NCBI RefSeq assembly: GCF_964194025.1
Contig: NC_134479.1
Location: 11,346,001 to 11,410,000, forward strand
Length of the DNA stretch: 64,000 nt
Direction of reading: 5' to 3'
DNA from: Convolutriloba macropyga
Lineage: Eukaryota
Shown in pieces: positions 13,043 to 28,080 of the stretch. Under the pieces are notes generated by a model. The model was not told the DNA's origin and searched no databases. It saw only the letters and a list, made by a program, of their open reading frames with translations. Position numbers and translations under genes: made by a program. Numbering within the stretch: position 1 is the first letter of the stretch; every line of letters starts with the position of its first letter.

Positions 13043-13969
13043 TGGACTCATCCAACCAAGAACCCCAAGCAACCAAAAAGAAAAGGGATGGCCCCAACCA
13101 AACGCAAATATAAACTTAACAAAGATTTCGACCAACGCTCAAAGTAGGCAGCTCTCGCACAAACAAAACTTGAAAAGGCAAGGCAATGACAAAACAAAGT
13201 AAACTCACCACGCATCCAACTGGATACTAAAAGGCTACACAAGGACAAATCAGTAGAAGTAATAAACCTTTCATCAGACTCGTCCCAAGGAAGTCCTTTG
13301 CAAATCTTCACCTCCGACAACCCCAATGCGTTTTTGTACGCACCACCAAACAATAGAGACAACAGCCAAACGAAAAGAGATGCAAAAATCGACAAGATCA
13401 TAAGAAGAATCACCAACTCACCCAAGAAGACACCAGTAGAACCCGAAATCGAACAAATCATAACAATCACCCCAGCATCAACATCAGCACCAATTGGAAA
13501 CAACACAAAGACACTACAACACATTGACAACAAACAACCACCACAACCAACGGGTAATGACAACAAAGACACACCACAACAGGACATCGATAAACAAACA
13601 ACGAAACCAACTGGCTCAGACAACAACTCACAACAACATAGCAACATATAACAAATTTCGACACTACCAAACGACAACACACAAACACTTCAGCAAATAA
13701 TTAAAGGACTAACAGAAACACCAGAGGAAAGTCAAGACACGAACACAGACAGAAAAAACATACACAGGGTGGATCAAGAGGGACGATTATTCAGGATCAA
13801 GCTCCATATCATCACTAAACACTGCGGACATAGAAGCGCCGCGCTGAACAAGATTTTTGACTAAATCAAAAATCAAAGAGACGAGGGGAAGTGTGGTGGA
13901 CGGATCCACCTGGAGAGCTTGTAACCAAGTATCTTACCTAATAATATGAAACACTGATAAACTATATTA

Positions 13970-14027
<58 letters not shown>

Positions 14028-14276
14028 TATATATATATTCCTTATGGAACGAACTCTTACTCTTTTGTGGGTATGTTAGATTGATTAGTATCACCTATAG
14101 GTGACAACGTATTGTACGCTTGAGTGACAGCTTTGTTAAACACTCATTATAAAGTGCCAACTGGTACTTCGTCTAAATCACGCAGAGCGTGAAAGCTGAA
14201 GCGCAGTTCTGCCTTTAGCAAATTCAAAGATAGTTGCTAATTCAAGTTTCGCACTTGCTCTTTAGTGATCAAACCT
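13043..14276 (+). mobile_element. duplicated 3' end + PPT + 3' LTR (from 13892) of Gypsy family 2
   Basis: Matches 10650-11816; part of a tandem segmental duplication. Confidence 0.9.
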
Positions 14277-14555
14277 NNNNNNNNNNNNNNNNNNNNNNNN
14301 NNNNNNNNNNNNNNNNNNNNNNNNNNNNNNNNNNNNNNNNNNNNNNNNNNNNNNNNNNNNNNNNNNNNNNNNNNNNNNNNNNNNNNNNNNNNNNNNNNNN
14401 NNNNNNNNNNNNNNNNNNNNNNNNNNNNNNNNNNNNNNNNNNNNNNNNNNNNNNNNNNNNNNNNNNNNNNNNNNNNNNNNNNNNNNNNNNNNNNNNNNNN
14501 NNNNNNNNNNNNNNNNNNNNNNNNNNNNNNNNNNNNNNNNNNNNNNNNNNNNNNN

Positions 14556-14812
14556 ATTATTGTTTTTTATTGTTATTACTATTTTCGCTATTTTTTTTTG
14601 TTTTTTTTTTCATTATTATTTTTTTATTAATGTTTCTTCCGTTAGTAGTATTTTTATTATAACTGCTATTATAGTTATTATTATCATTTTAATTATTATT
14701 ATTATTATTATTTAATATTATTATTTTTATCATTATAATTTTAATAATAATATTAATAAAAATAATAATAAATATCATTATCGTTTTTATTTTTATTACT
14801 TCTATTAATATT

Positions 14813-14843
<31 letters not shown>

Positions 14844-14844
14844 C

Positions 14845-14881
<37 letters not shown>

Positions 14882-15065
14882 TTTATTGTTATTAATAATA
14901 TTAGTTTTAGTAATATTATAATTATTATGATTTTTAATAGTTTTGTTTTGTTTATTTTTAATACTATTTTTTAATATTATTGCTAATGTTTTTTCAATTT
15001 TATTTTTATTTTTATTGCTCTTATTATTAAATTTATTAATAATATTTTCACTTTTATTATTTTAT
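14556..15065. repeat. AT-rich (TTA)n low-complexity tract (duplicate of ~12365-12845)
   Basis: Direct inspection. Confidence 0.9.
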
Positions 15066-15902
15066 TGCGGTAAATATTTATTACATTCTTATGTATAGAT
15101 TTCTGTATTAAGTGATTTATAAAAATGATACCAGATAGAGCTAGGCCATTCACTTTACAAATAGATTGTGTTCTCTGATGGCTTTGAGATAGTCTTAGTT
15201 GAAGTGATCTCTGACGAAAAAAGTCAAAATAATTTAGCCAAAGACAGTAATTGAATTAACTACTCTTACTTCTCTCTTCAATCACAAGACAAGTGTATTG
15301 TTCTTATCAGTGCCAGCTGTGAATACACCACATGGTGCATTCAGCTAAGAAGACAAGAACCCTATTCGATAAGACCAATCCTGGGAAAGACCCAACCCAA
15401 CTTTGGCAACGGTGGCGCACACAAGTCAATTTGCAATCAATTTGCCATCAATTTGTTAACTTTATTACTCGGATATTGACACTTTAAACCTCCGTATCTG
15501 CAATGTTTCCATTGTAGACAGAAAATTTGTAATTCTAAAGCAATTTTGTATGACAAGATCAGGCAGCTTTGCATGTATAAAACGGTTTTCAATTCATTTT
15601 TCTCTTATCTTTTCATAGTTCAAGTAAAAAACCTTCATTTGAAAATCTGTTTTTTGTTAGTAAGTATAATTACCCATATTTTAAGCAGTTTTCTTCATTC
15701 ACAAAACAGGTTCAAATTTTCGTATTAATTAACTTCACTGGATAAAATCACGCGAAAGATACAGTATACCCTCAATTCAAACAATACTGCGATCCTTAGT
15801 GCGATCCATTAGAGGACTGGAACTGGATCTTCCCACATAGTGGCCGATCAACAGATGAAATTGTTACAGAATTTATTGAATCAGTATTTCTACTATGCTA
15901 TA

Positions 15903-15950
15903 ATAGGCACAGTTGTGATCCCTCGAGGTTATCATTATATTTAGTACAAA

Positions 15951-15994
<44 letters not shown>

Positions 15995-16041
15995 CTATAA
16001 TATATATAATGATAACCTTGAGGGATCACAGTCGTGCCTAT
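15903..16041. repeat. short inverted-repeat element (38-bp arms) enclosing (TA)n, MITE-like
   Basis: 15903-15940 is the reverse complement of 16004-16041 with 4 mismatches. Confidence 0.6.
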
Positions 16042-16322
16042 AAGAGCCGAGTAGGGAATCTATCCCTTAAAATACTCCAAAGTCCTCTAAAATCCTCCAA
16101 TGCTCTATATAAGAAATATATTTATATATTTAAAGACAATATAAGGGCGGCTGCCGTTAAAAAGTCCACAAAAATCGGTGTGCTATTTCACAAATTGGTT
16201 TAATAACAAGCAGCCCATTCAGATGGTATGATCTCTAAAGCAATACTGTATATCAAGATCAAGCAATTTTGCATGTTCATTTATTATTTCTTTATTACTA
16301 GATATTATTTTTTTAAGTCTAT

Positions 16323-16522
16323 NNNNNNNNNNNNNNNNNNNNNNNNNNNNNNNNNNNNNNNNNNNNNNNNNNNNNNNNNNNNNNNNNNNNNNNNNNNNNN
16401 NNNNNNNNNNNNNNNNNNNNNNNNNNNNNNNNNNNNNNNNNNNNNNNNNNNNNNNNNNNNNNNNNNNNNNNNNNNNNNNNNNNNNNNNNNNNNNNNNNNN
16501 NNNNNNNNNNNNNNNNNNNNNN
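16323..16522. other. assembly gap (exactly 200 N)
   Basis: Round-number N run that cuts an H4 gene. Confidence 0.85.
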
Positions 16523-16746
<224 letters not shown>

Positions 16747-16776
16747 GCTCTGAGCAGCTCTACCTCAACACAAACA

Positions 16777-16792
16777 GGCCTTTTTAAAGGCC
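16777..16792 (+). terminator. histone 3' stem-loop (H4); same element follows every complete histone gene in the array
   Basis: GGCCTT-TTTA-AAGGCC followed by ACCAAA. Confidence 0.95.
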
Positions 16793-16947
16793 ACCAAACC
16801 TTCTAAAGTTACCTTACTAGCTAGTAAGCTCAAGCTATGTAGCTAGCAAGCTCAAAACAAGCTAATTGTCTTAATTTAAGCTTGAGTTGAGGTATCTGAA
16901 CTTTGTTCAAAAACTCTTATTTCTTTCAGCTAATCAGAGTTCGAGAA

Positions 16948-17175
16948 ACTGTTAGGCTATTTGGGAGCTCTTTTCTCGCACTCTGATTGGCTGAGAGCTC
17001 AATATACTGTTAGGCTACTTTGGGAGCTCTTTTCTCGCACTCTGATTGGCTGAGAGCTCAATATACTGTTAGGCTACTTTGGGAGCTCTTTTCTCGCACT
17101 GTGATTGGCTAAGCTCGAATATGGGCTTTTGAACGACTTTTTATATTTAGGTAGCAAAAAAGTTGGGTGCCCCAA
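16948..17175 (+). promoter_or_regulatory. H2B promoter: 59-bp repeats with inverted CCAAT, TATA-like TTTATATTTA, CCCAA initiator-like region
   Basis: Three ATTGG boxes at 59-bp spacing; repeated before each H2B or inserted element. Confidence 0.7.
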
Positions 17176-17239
17176 CCCAACCCAACACAACTACAACTAC
17201 AACTAGTAAAAGAGGAGCAGCAGAGGACAGCAAGAGGAA

Positions 17240-17608
17240 ATGGCACCCAAAGTGAGCGGCAAAGCAGTGAAGAAGGCAGGCAAGGCACAGAAGAAGCCCT
17301 CTGGTGACAAGAAGAAGAAAAAGAAGAGGAGAGAGACCTACTCCCTCTACATCTACAAGGTGCTGAAGCAGGTCCACCCCGACACTGGCATCTCCTCCAA
17401 AGCTATGTCGATCATGAACTCGTTCGTGAACGATATCTTTGAGAGGATAGCTGGAGAAGCTTCGAGACTGGCCCACTACAACAAGCGATCAACCATCTCA
17501 AGCCGGGAGATCCAGACTGCAGTGAGGCTCTTGCTACCAGGAGAGTTGGCCAAGCATGCTGTGAGCGAGGGAACCAAAGCTGTGACCAAATACACCAGCT
17601 CCAAGTAA
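17240..17608 (+). CDS. H2B: histone H2B
   Basis: [20 protein letters not shown]...KYTSSK. Confidence 0.99.
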   Translation: MAPKVSGKAVKKAGKAQKKPSGDKKKKKKRRETYSLYIYKVLKQVHPDTGISSKAMSIMNSFVNDIFERIAGEASRLAHYNKRSTISSREIQTAVRLLLPGELAKHAVSEGTKAVTKYTSSK

Positions 17609-17638
17609 AGTCCGTTGCTACTTAAGCAACAACACACA

Positions 17639-17654
17639 GGCCTTTTTAAAGGCC
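17639..17654 (+). terminator. histone 3' stem-loop (H2B)
   Basis: GGCCTTTTTAAAGGCC-ACCAAA. Confidence 0.95.
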
Positions 17655-17765
17655 ACCAAACCTTTTGAAGTTAACTTAATAGCTGCAATGAAGCTCAAAA
17701 CAAGCTAACTTGAAGCTAAAAACCTTATTTTCAAAGTTGCCGGTACCCTTATTCTATGTATTTTC

Positions 17766-18050
17766 GAGCTATAGCTAGCTCGAGCTCAACTTAGCTAGCT
17801 TGAGCTTGAGCTAGCTAGTTTGAGCTTGAGCTAGCTAGTGTGAGCTTCAGCTAGCTAGTGTGAGCTTGAGCTAGCTAGCTCGAGCTTGAGCTTGATAGCT
17901 TGAGCTTGAGCTAGCTGGCTTGAGCTTGCTATCTTGAGCTTGAGCTTGAGCTTGCTAGCTTGAGCTTGCTAGCTTGAGCTTGCCAGCTTGAGCTTGAGCT
18001 TGCTGGCCTGAGCTTGAGCTTGCTAGCTGCAGTTAGAGCTAACTTGAGCT
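17766..18050. repeat. AGCT/(AGCTTG)n simple satellite after each H2B (also ~20994, 25010, 28238, 35951, 43207, 52829, 54980)
   Basis: Dense AGCT, GCTAGC and GAGCTT units. Confidence 0.9.
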
Positions 18051-18054
18051 CTCT

Positions 18055-18592
18055 GCCAATCAGAGTTCGAGAAAAGCGCTCCCAAATAGCCTAACAGTGG
18101 CAGCCAATCAGAGTGCGAGAAAAGCGCTCCCAAATAGCCTAACAGTGGCAGCCAATCAGAGAGCTAGAAAATCAAAATTGCATAGAATATAAGTACCTGC
18201 AGCTCTGAGCAGAGGTGAAGGTCCGAGCAGGCTTGCTCGGGCATAGGCGAAGGTCCGAGCAGGCTTGCTCGGGCATAGGCGAAGGTCCGAGCAAGCTTGC
18301 TCGGGCATAGGCGAAGGTCCGAGCAAGCTTGCTCGGGCATAGGCGAAGGTCCGAGCAAGCTTGCTCGGGCATAGGCGAAGGCCCGAGCAAGCTACCTCTA
18401 AGCTCCAAAGCTGCCAAAACCCTTATTCTATATAACTCCTCAAAAGCTCTCAGCCAATCAGAGTGCGAGAAAAGCGCTCCCAAATAGCCTAACAGTGGCA
18501 GCCAATCAGAGTGCGAGAAAAGCGCTCCCAAATAGCCTAACAGTGGCAGCCAATCAGAGTGCGAGAAAAGAGCTCTAAAATAGCCTAACAGT
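18055..18592 (+). promoter_or_regulatory. H3 upstream module: 48-bp CCAAT repeats flanking a 32-bp minisatellite
   Basis: 48-mer GCCAATCAGAGTGCGAGAAAAGCGCTCCCAAATAGCCTAACAGTGGCA repeated on both sides. Confidence 0.75.
18217..18392. repeat. 32-bp minisatellite with internal 18-bp palindrome
   Basis: GAAGGT-CCGAGCAAGCTTGCTCGG-GCATAGGC, ~5.5 copies. Confidence 0.9.
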
Positions 18593-18636
18593 TGATTCAA
18601 GCTCTAAGCCAATGAGAGATCACTAGTTCGGGGTAG

Positions 18637-19119
<483 letters not shown>

Positions 19120-19146
19120 AAAGCTATCAGCTCTCCAACCCAAAAC

Positions 19147-19162
19147 GGCCTTTTTAAAGGCC
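19147..19162 (+). terminator. histone 3' stem-loop (H3)
   Basis: GGCCTTTTTAAAGGCC-ACCAAA. Confidence 0.95.
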
Positions 19163-19265
19163 ACCAAAGCTTGCAAGTTAACTAACTAGCTTCAAGCTAG
19201 CTTATAATAAGCTCAAAACAGCTTAAAACTCTTATTTTGAGCTGGAGTTGAGGTATGCCAACATT

Positions 19266-19502
19266 TTCAAAAACCCATATTTAATTCAGCCAATCAGAAA
19301 GCGAGAAAATCAAAAGTGAATAGAATAAGTGTTTATGCAGCTTCTAGCAGCTGTAAGGTACGAGCAAGCTACCTCGGAGCCTGAGTAATGTACGAGTAAG
19401 TTACCTCGGCCTTCGGAAGCTCCCTAGCTGCAGAAACACTTATTCTATGCATTCTTGATTTTCTCGCTCTCTGATTGGCTGAGCGAAATATGGGTTCTTG
19501 AA
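19266..19502. repeat. inverted repeat (~77-bp arms) in H3-H4 spacer
   Basis: 19266-19342 vs reverse complement 19426-19502; a CCAAT box in each arm. Confidence 0.8.
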
Positions 19503-19590
19503 AGGTATCTCTATGGCTCGTTTCAAGTTGAAATATGGGTTTTTGAAGGTGTCAGCTCTCGACCAATCACATTGCGAGAAAATACAGTGA

Positions 19591-19974
<384 letters not shown>

Positions 19975-20467
19975 GCTCTGAGCAGCTCTACCTCAACACA
20001 AACAGGCCTTTTTAAAGGCCACCAAACCTTCTAAAGTTACCTTACTAGCTAGTAAGCTCAAGCTATGTAGCTAGCAAGCTCAAAACAAGCTAATTGTCTT
20101 AATTTAAGCTTGAGTTGAGGTATCTGAACTTTGTTCAAAAACTCTTATTTCTTTCAGCTAATCAGAGTTCGAGAAACTGTTAGGCTATTTGGGAGCTCTT
20201 TTCTCGCACTCTGATTGGCTGAGAGCTCAATATACTGTTAGGCTACTTTGGGAGCTCTTTTCTCGCACTCTGATTGGCTGAGAGCTCAATATACTGTTAG
20301 GCTACTTTGGGAGCTCTTTTCTCGCACTGTGATTGGCTAAGCTCGAATATGGGCTTTTGAACGACTTTTTATATTTAGGTAGCAAAAAAGTTGGGTGCCC
20401 CAACCCAACCCAACACAACTACAACTACAACTAGTAAAAGAGGAGCAGCAGAGGACAGCAAGAGGAA

Positions 20468-20836
20468 ATGGCACCCAAAGTGAGCGGCAAAGCAGTGAAG
20501 AAGGCAGGCAAGGCACAGAAGAAGCCCTCTGGTGACAAGAAGAAGAAAAAGAAGAGGAGAGAGACCTACTCCCTCTACATCTACAAGGTGCTGAAGCAGG
20601 TCCACCCCGACACTGGCATCTCCTCCAAAGCTATGTCGATCATGAACTCGTTCGTGAACGATATCTTTGAGAGGATAGCTGGAGAAGCTTCGAGACTGGC
20701 CCACTACAACAAGCGATCAACCATCTCAAGCCGGGAGATCCAGACTGCAGTGAGGCTCTTGCTACCAGGAGAGTTGGCCAAGCATGCTGTGAGCGAGGGA
20801 ACCAAAGCTGTGACCAAATACACCAGCTCCAAGTAA
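20468..20836 (+). CDS. H2B: histone H2B
   Basis: Same protein as 17240 copy. Confidence 0.99.
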   Translation: MAPKVSGKAVKKAGKAQKKPSGDKKKKKKRRETYSLYIYKVLKQVHPDTGISSKAMSIMNSFVNDIFERIAGEASRLAHYNKRSTISSREIQTAVRLLLPGELAKHAVSEGTKAVTKYTSSK

Positions 20837-21864
20837 AGTCCGTTGCTACTTAAGCAACAACACACAGGCCTTTTTAAAGGCCACCAAACCTTTTGAAGTT
20901 AACTTAATAGCTGCAATGAAGCTCAAAACAAGCTAACTTGAAGCTAAAAACCTTATTTTCAAAGTTGCCGGTACCCTTATTCTATGTATTTTCGAGCTAT
21001 AGCTAGCTCGAGCTCAACTTAGCTAGCTTGAGCTTGAGCTAGCTAGTTTGAGCTTGAGCTAGCTAGTGTGAGCTTCAGCTAGCTAGTGTGAGCTTGAGCT
21101 AGCTAGCTCGAGCTTGAGCTTGATAGCTTGAGCTTGAGCTAGCTGGCTTGAGCTTGCTATCTTGAGCTTGAGCTTGAGCTTGCTAGCTTGAGCTTGCTAG
21201 CTTGAGCTTGCCAGCTTGAGCTTGAGCTTGCTGGCCTGAGCTTGAGCTTGCTAGCTGCAGTTAGAGCTAACTTGAGCTCTCTGCCAATCAGAGTTCGAGA
21301 AAAGCGCTCCCAAATAGCCTAACAGTGGCAGCCAATCAGAGTGCGAGAAAAGCGCTCCCAAATAGCCTAACAGTGGCAGCCAATCAGAGAGCTAGAAAAT
21401 CAAAATTGCATAGAATATAAGTACCTGCAGCTCTGAGCAGAGGTGAAGGTCCGAGCAGGCTTGCTCGGGCATAGGCGAAGGTCCGAGCAGGCTTGCTCGG
21501 GCATAGGCGAAGGTCCGAGCAAGCTTGCTCGGGCATAGGCGAAGGTCCGAGCAAGCTTGCTCGGGCATAGGCGAAGGTCCGAGCAAGCTTGCTCGGGCAT
21601 AGGCGAAGGCCCGAGCAAGCTACCTCTAAGCTCCAAAGCTGCCAAAACCCTTATTCTATATAACTCCTCAAAAGCTCTCAGCCAATCAGAGTGCGAGAAA
21701 AGCGCTCCCAAATAGCCTAACAGTGGCAGCCAATCAGAGTGCGAGAAAAGCGCTCCCAAATAGCCTAACAGTGGCAGCCAATCAGAGTGCGAGAAAAGAG
21801 CTCTAAAATAGCCTAACAGTTGATTCAAGCTCTAAGCCAATGAGAGATCACTAGTTCGGGGTAG

Positions 21865-22347
<483 letters not shown>

Positions 22348-22818
22348 AAAGCTATCAGCTCTCCAACCCAAAACGGCCTTTTTAAAGGCCACCAAAGCTT
22401 GCAAGTTAACTAACTAGCTTCAAGCTAGCTTATAATAAGCTCAAAACAGCTTAAAACTCTTATTTTGAGCTGGAGTTGAGGTATGCCAACATTTTCAAAA
22501 ACCCATATTTAATTCAGCCAATCAGAAAGCGAGAAAATCAAAAGTGAATAGAATAAGTGTTTATGCAGCTTCTAGCAGCTGTAAGGTACGAGCAAGCTAC
22601 CTCGGAGCCTGAGTAATGTACGAGTAAGTTACCTCGGCCTTCGGAAGCTCCCTAGCTGCAGAAACACTTATTCTATGCATTCTTGATTTTCTCGCTCTCT
22701 GATTGGCTGAGCGAAATATGGGTTCTTGAAAGGTATCTCTATGGCTCGTTTCAAGTTGAAATATGGGTTTTTGAAGGTGTCAGCTCTCGACCAATCACAT
22801 TGCGAGAAAATACAGTGA

Positions 22819-23202
<384 letters not shown>

Positions 23203-23598
23203 GCTCTGAGCAGCTCTACCTCAACACAAACAGGCCTTTTTAAAGGCCACCAAACCTTCTAAAGTTACCTTACTAGCTAGTAAGCTCAAGCTATGTAGCT
23301 AGCAAGCTCAAAACAAGCTAATTGTCTTAATTTAAGCTTGAGTTGAGGTATCTGAACTTTGTTCAAAAACTCTTATTTCTTTCAGCTAATCAGAGTTCGA
23401 GAAACTGTTAGGCTATTTGGGAGCTCTTTTCTCGCACTCTGATTGGCTGCCACTGTTAGGCTATTTGGGAGCGCTTTTCTCGCACTCTGATTGGCTTAGC
23501 AACATAAGGGTTTTTGGAACGCATTTTTAACTTAGGTAGCCATATGTGAGTCTGGGTAACAACCATTTACAACAGACGAAGAAACAAGACGAAGAGAG

Positions 23599-24000
23599 AT
23601 GTCAGGCAAAGGAGGCAAATCGAAGAGCGGCAAGGTGGGAGCTAAGGCCAAGACCCGATCAAGCCGAGCTGGACTGCAGTTCCCCGTGGGCAGAATCCAC
23701 CGATTCATCCGCAAGGGCAACTACGCTGAGAGGGTGGGAGCTGGAGCCCCAGTGTACCTTGCTGCTGTGCTTGAGTACTTGACTGCTGAGATCTTGGAGC
23801 TTGCTGGCAACGCTGCTAAGGACAACAAGAAGTCGAGAATCATCCCCCGACACTTGCAGCTCGCTATCAGAAACGACGAGGAGCTGAACAAGCTGCTGCA
23901 AGGAGTGACCATTGCTCAAGGTGGTGTGCTACCCAACATCCAAGCAGTGCTCTTGCCCAAGAAACAGTCTTCCTCTCAGCCCAAGTCTGACAAGAAGTAA
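23599..24000 (+). CDS. H2A: histone H2A
   Basis: [14 protein letters not shown]...VLLPKK. Confidence 0.99.
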   Translation: MSGKGGKSKSGKVGAKAKTRSSRAGLQFPVGRIHRFIRKGNYAERVGAGAPVYLAAVLEYLTAEILELAGNAAKDNKKSRIIPRHLQLAIRNDEELNKLLQGVTIAQGGVLPNIQAVLLPKKQSSSQPKSDKK

Positions 24001-24029
24001 AGAAGCTTCTAGCTTGCTACTTCAACACC

Positions 24030-24045
24030 GGCCTTTTTAAAGGCC
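24030..24045 (+). terminator. histone 3' stem-loop (H2A)
   Basis: GGCCTTTTTAAAGGCC-ACCAAA. Confidence 0.95.
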
Positions 24046-24483
24046 ACCAAACCTTCGAAGTTACCTTACTGGCTTCAGCTTACTACCTAGCAAGCTCAAA
24101 TTAAGCTAAATGTCTTATTTTAAGCTCGAATTGAGGTATTTGAACTTCATTCAAAAACCCTTATTTGGTTCAGCCAATCAGATTGCGAGAAAGTGTTAGG
24201 CTATTTGGGAGCTCTTTTCTCGCACTCTGATTGGCTGAGAGCTCAATATACTGTTAGGCTACTTTGGGAGCTCTTTTCTCGCACTCTGATTGGCTGAGAG
24301 CTCAATATACTGTTAGGCTACTTTGGGAGCTCTTTTCTCGCACTGTGATTGGCTAAGCTCGAATATGGGCTTTTGAACGACTTTTTATATTTAGGTAGCA
24401 AAAAAGTTGGGTGCCCCAACCCAACCCAACACAACTACAACTACAACTAGTAAAAGAGGAGCAGCAGAGGACAGCAAGAGGAA

Positions 24484-24852
24484 ATGGCACCCAAAGTGAG
24501 CGGCAAAGCAGTGAAGAAGGCAGGCAAGGCACAGAAGAAGCCCTCTGGTGACAAGAAGAAGAAAAAGAAGAGGAGAGAGACCTACTCCCTCTACATCTAC
24601 AAGGTGCTGAAGCAGGTCCACCCCGACACTGGCATCTCCTCCAAAGCTATGTCGATCATGAACTCGTTCGTGAACGATATCTTTGAGAGGATAGCTGGAG
24701 AAGCTTCGAGACTGGCCCACTACAACAAGCGATCAACCATCTCAAGCCGGGAGATCCAGACTGCAGTGAGGCTCTTGCTACCAGGAGAGTTGGCCAAGCA
24801 TGCTGTGAGCGAGGGAACCAAAGCTGTGACCAAATACACCAGCTCCAAGTAA
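24484..24852 (+). CDS. H2B: histone H2B
   Basis: Intact ORF + stem-loop. Confidence 0.99.
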   Translation: MAPKVSGKAVKKAGKAQKKPSGDKKKKKKRRETYSLYIYKVLKQVHPDTGISSKAMSIMNSFVNDIFERIAGEASRLAHYNKRSTISSREIQTAVRLLLPGELAKHAVSEGTKAVTKYTSSK

Positions 24853-25880
24853 AGTCCGTTGCTACTTAAGCAACAACACACAGGCCTTTTTAAAGGCCAC
24901 CAAACCTTTTGAAGTTAACTTAATAGCTGCAATGAAGCTCAAAACAAGCTAACTTGAAGCTAAAAACCTTATTTTCAAAGTTGCCGGTACCCTTATTCTA
25001 TGTATTTTCGAGCTATAGCTAGCTCGAGCTCAACTTAGCTAGCTTGAGCTTGAGCTAGCTAGTTTGAGCTTGAGCTAGCTAGTGTGAGCTTCAGCTAGCT
25101 AGTGTGAGCTTGAGCTAGCTAGCTCGAGCTTGAGCTTGATAGCTTGAGCTTGAGCTAGCTGGCTTGAGCTTGCTATCTTGAGCTTGAGCTTGAGCTTGCT
25201 AGCTTGAGCTTGCTAGCTTGAGCTTGCCAGCTTGAGCTTGAGCTTGCTGGCCTGAGCTTGAGCTTGCTAGCTGCAGTTAGAGCTAACTTGAGCTCTCTGC
25301 CAATCAGAGTTCGAGAAAAGCGCTCCCAAATAGCCTAACAGTGGCAGCCAATCAGAGTGCGAGAAAAGCGCTCCCAAATAGCCTAACAGTGGCAGCCAAT
25401 CAGAGAGCTAGAAAATCAAAATTGCATAGAATATAAGTACCTGCAGCTCTGAGCAGAGGTGAAGGTCCGAGCAGGCTTGCTCGGGCATAGGCGAAGGTCC
25501 GAGCAGGCTTGCTCGGGCATAGGCGAAGGTCCGAGCAAGCTTGCTCGGGCATAGGCGAAGGTCCGAGCAAGCTTGCTCGGGCATAGGCGAAGGTCCGAGC
25601 AAGCTTGCTCGGGCATAGGCGAAGGCCCGAGCAAGCTACCTCTAAGCTCCAAAGCTGCCAAAACCCTTATTCTATATAACTCCTCAAAAGCTCTCAGCCA
25701 ATCAGAGTGCGAGAAAAGCGCTCCCAAATAGCCTAACAGTGGCAGCCAATCAGAGTGCGAGAAAAGCGCTCCCAAATAGCCTAACAGTGGCAGCCAATCA
25801 GAGTGCGAGAAAAGAGCTCTAAAATAGCCTAACAGTTGATTCAAGCTCTAAGCCAATGAGAGATCACTAGTTCGGGGTAG

Positions 25881-26363
<483 letters not shown>

Positions 26364-26834
26364 AAAGCTATCAGCTCTCCAACCCAAAACGGCCTTTTTA
26401 AAGGCCACCAAAGCTTGCAAGTTAACTAACTAGCTTCAAGCTAGCTTATAATAAGCTCAAAACAGCTTAAAACTCTTATTTTGAGCTGGAGTTGAGGTAT
26501 GCCAACATTTTCAAAAACCCATATTTAATTCAGCCAATCAGAAAGCGAGAAAATCAAAAGTGAATAGAATAAGTGTTTATGCAGCTTCTAGCAGCTGTAA
26601 GGTACGAGCAAGCTACCTCGGAGCCTGAGTAATGTACGAGTAAGTTACCTCGGCCTTCGGAAGCTCCCTAGCTGCAGAAACACTTATTCTATGCATTCTT
26701 GATTTTCTCGCTCTCTGATTGGCTGAGCGAAATATGGGTTCTTGAAAGGTATCTCTATGGCTCGTTTCAAGTTGAAATATGGGTTTTTGAAGGTGTCAGC
26801 TCTCGACCAATCACATTGCGAGAAAATACAGTGA

Positions 26835-27218
<384 letters not shown>

Positions 27219-27711
27219 GCTCTGAGCAGCTCTACCTCAACACAAACAGGCCTTTTTAAAGGCCACCAAACCTTCTAAAGTTACCTTACTAGCTAGTAAG
27301 CTCAAGCTATGTAGCTAGCAAGCTCAAAACAAGCTAATTGTCTTAATTTAAGCTTGAGTTGAGGTATCTGAACTTTGTTCAAAAACTCTTATTTCTTTCA
27401 GCTAATCAGAGTTCGAGAAACTGTTAGGCTATTTGGGAGCTCTTTTCTCGCACTCTGATTGGCTGAGAGCTCAATATACTGTTAGGCTACTTTGGGAGCT
27501 CTTTTCTCGCACTCTGATTGGCTGAGAGCTCAATATACTGTTAGGCTACTTTGGGAGCTCTTTTCTCGCACTGTGATTGGCTAAGCTCGAATATGGGCTT
27601 TTGAACGACTTTTTATATTTAGGTAGCAAAAAAGTTGGGTGCCCCAACCCAACCCAACACAACTACAACTACAACTAGTAAAAGAGGAGCAGCAGAGGAC
27701 AGCAAGAGGAA

Positions 27712-28080
27712 ATGGCACCCAAAGTGAGCGGCAAAGCAGTGAAGAAGGCAGGCAAGGCACAGAAGAAGCCCTCTGGTGACAAGAAGAAGAAAAAGAAGAG
27801 GAGAGAGACCTACTCCCTCTACATCTACAAGGTGCTGAAGCAGGTCCACCCCGACACTGGCATCTCCTCCAAAGCTATGTCGATCATGAACTCGTTCGTG
27901 AACGATATCTTTGAGAGGATAGCTGGAGAAGCTTCGAGACTGGCCCACTACAACAAGCGATCAACCATCTCAAGCCGGGAGATCCAGACTGCAGTGAGGC
28001 TCTTGCTACCAGGAGAGTTGGCCAAGCATGCTGTGAGCGAGGGAACCAAAGCTGTGACCAAATACACCAGCTCCAAGTAA
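27712..28080 (+). CDS. H2B: histone H2B
   Basis: Intact ORF + stem-loop. Confidence 0.99.
   Translation: MAPKVSGKAVKKAGKAQKKPSGDKKKKKKRRETYSLYIYKVLKQVHPDTGISSKAMSIMNSFVNDIFERIAGEASRLAHYNKRSTISSREIQTAVRLLLPGELAKHAVSEGTKAVTKYTSSK

Noticed and set aside
1925-14662. Poly-Y/L/I/N and X-containing ORFs
   Set aside because: Translations of (TTA)n tracts and N runs
18217-18392. 32-bp palindromic repeats resembling a CRISPR array
   Set aside because: Units are head-to-tail with no unique spacers, no cas genes, eukaryotic context
23960-24000. H2A tail SQ as an H2A.X motif
   Set aside because: SQPKSDKK lacks the terminal SQ(E/D)(Y/F/L) signature
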